A stretch of 64,000 nt of DNA from Tubulanus polymorphus (lineage: Eukaryota; Animalia; Nemertea). Shown here in pieces: positions 63,001-64,000 of the stretch. The notes beneath the pieces were generated by a model that saw only the letters and a list, made by a program, of their open reading frames with translations, did not search any database and had not been told where the DNA came from. Every line of letters begins with the position of its first letter. Positions within the stretch are counted from its first letter, which is position 1. The stretch covers positions 10,271,859-10,335,858 of the forward strand of contig NC_134036.1 of NCBI RefSeq assembly GCF_964204645.1, given 5' to 3'. Position numbers and translations under genes: made by a program.

Positions 63001-64000
63001 GAAGATGCCGGGTAGGGTACGGGGTAAAACCTGGTTTACTTTCTCTGTCTACTTGCTGGAGACTACTATCTGCAATGTATTGCAAGTTTTTATTTGTCTG
63101 GCTTATGAGAGTCGAACAACGTTTTCCCATACACAGGCTTGGCTTTAGTACTAGATGAAGGCTAGGCACTGCACATTGTGGATTGACTGGAACTCTAAAC
63201 TCACAAAATTAAACGAGTCAACAAGAAAGATCCAATAATTTGACGTTTGTCTAAATATATTATTTAACAGCTTAAAATAATACTTAACACATTCTACAAG
63301 AATACACAAAAGAAATCAGTTCTTACATTATATCAGAATCAATAGTTCGCTTAACTCGGGCTTGAATTCTGGTTCCATTGCTTTATATTCTAATGAAATT
63401 CACTAGCATACCTTAGAATATTGCTTAGCTTAAGATAAAAAATTTGGTACCAGGAAAACGGGGAAGTAAAGTGGGTGTACTGTACATCCCCAATTGACTT
63501 ATTTCTCTCTGGTTGAATCAAGTTATTACTGAAATAGCATTCGAATAGCCATTTTGTTTTTAAAAGTTGTGTCGTTCAGCTATCCTGCTGCAAATTTCGC
63601 AGTTCAAGTTAACTAGTGCCATCTGATTTCTCAGTATCTCAAATTTGCACATTCTTAGCCCGAGTCTAAAAATAGAAAAAATGTGCATTTAAAGTAGGAA
63701 ATAAAAGAATAGTGGCTAACACACTCTGGAGATATAGCCTATGGGGTGGGCCTAGTTTAAAAGCACTGAGGTCCGAGGGAACAGCACTTAGTAAATAAAT
63801 ACTGAAATCAAACTTACAAAACACCCAATACTTGAGATGATGTACTTGACAAGAAGTGTGTCCAGCTGAGCAAATCAACTTTATCTATGACTCCTCCTTT
63901 TACCGTAGTAGTCTAAAAATAAGAATCGGTACATTTTTCTAACAGTTGGTATGTCATTTAAAAAAAAAAAACCTATTATTATCACAACACAGCAAATAAA

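Overview
Eukaryotic (animal) genomic DNA with GT-AG introns, dominated by mobile elements; no rRNA, intact tRNA or CRISPR array was seen. From left to right: (1) a multi-exon tyrosine-recombinase (Crypton-like) gene whose catalytic Tyr appears changed to Cys (1.3-4.6 kb). (2) An RTE LINE (6.6-17.0 kb) split by a 7.7-kb DNA transposon with 46-bp TIRs and a TTA target duplication; it encodes a divergent Zator-like transposase with extra spliced N-terminal exons. (3) A truncated CACTA/EnSpm element with a nested MITE (18.2-21.0 kb). (4) A two-coding-exon gene for a 50-aa secreted knottin/ICK-type peptide that the ORF track misses (22.4-22.7 kb). (5) RAG1/Transib-related transposase remnants (23.3-23.9 and 51.5-53.0 kb). 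(6) A very AT-rich Polinton/Maverick (adintovirus-like) endogenous virus (26.1-38.0 kb) with pPolB, minor and major capsid, packaging ATPase, integrase and HNH genes. It also has a 413-bp hairpin at its left end, a shared ATAAATG start motif and three covarying hairpins. (7) A seven-exon divergent secreted astacin metalloprotease (43.7-47.3 kb). (8) A relic of a second Polinton, plus MITEs, LINE fragments, a Helentron-type repeat and an LTR with an inverted partial duplicate. Gene models and family calls come from manual reading and motif recognition only; no searches were run.
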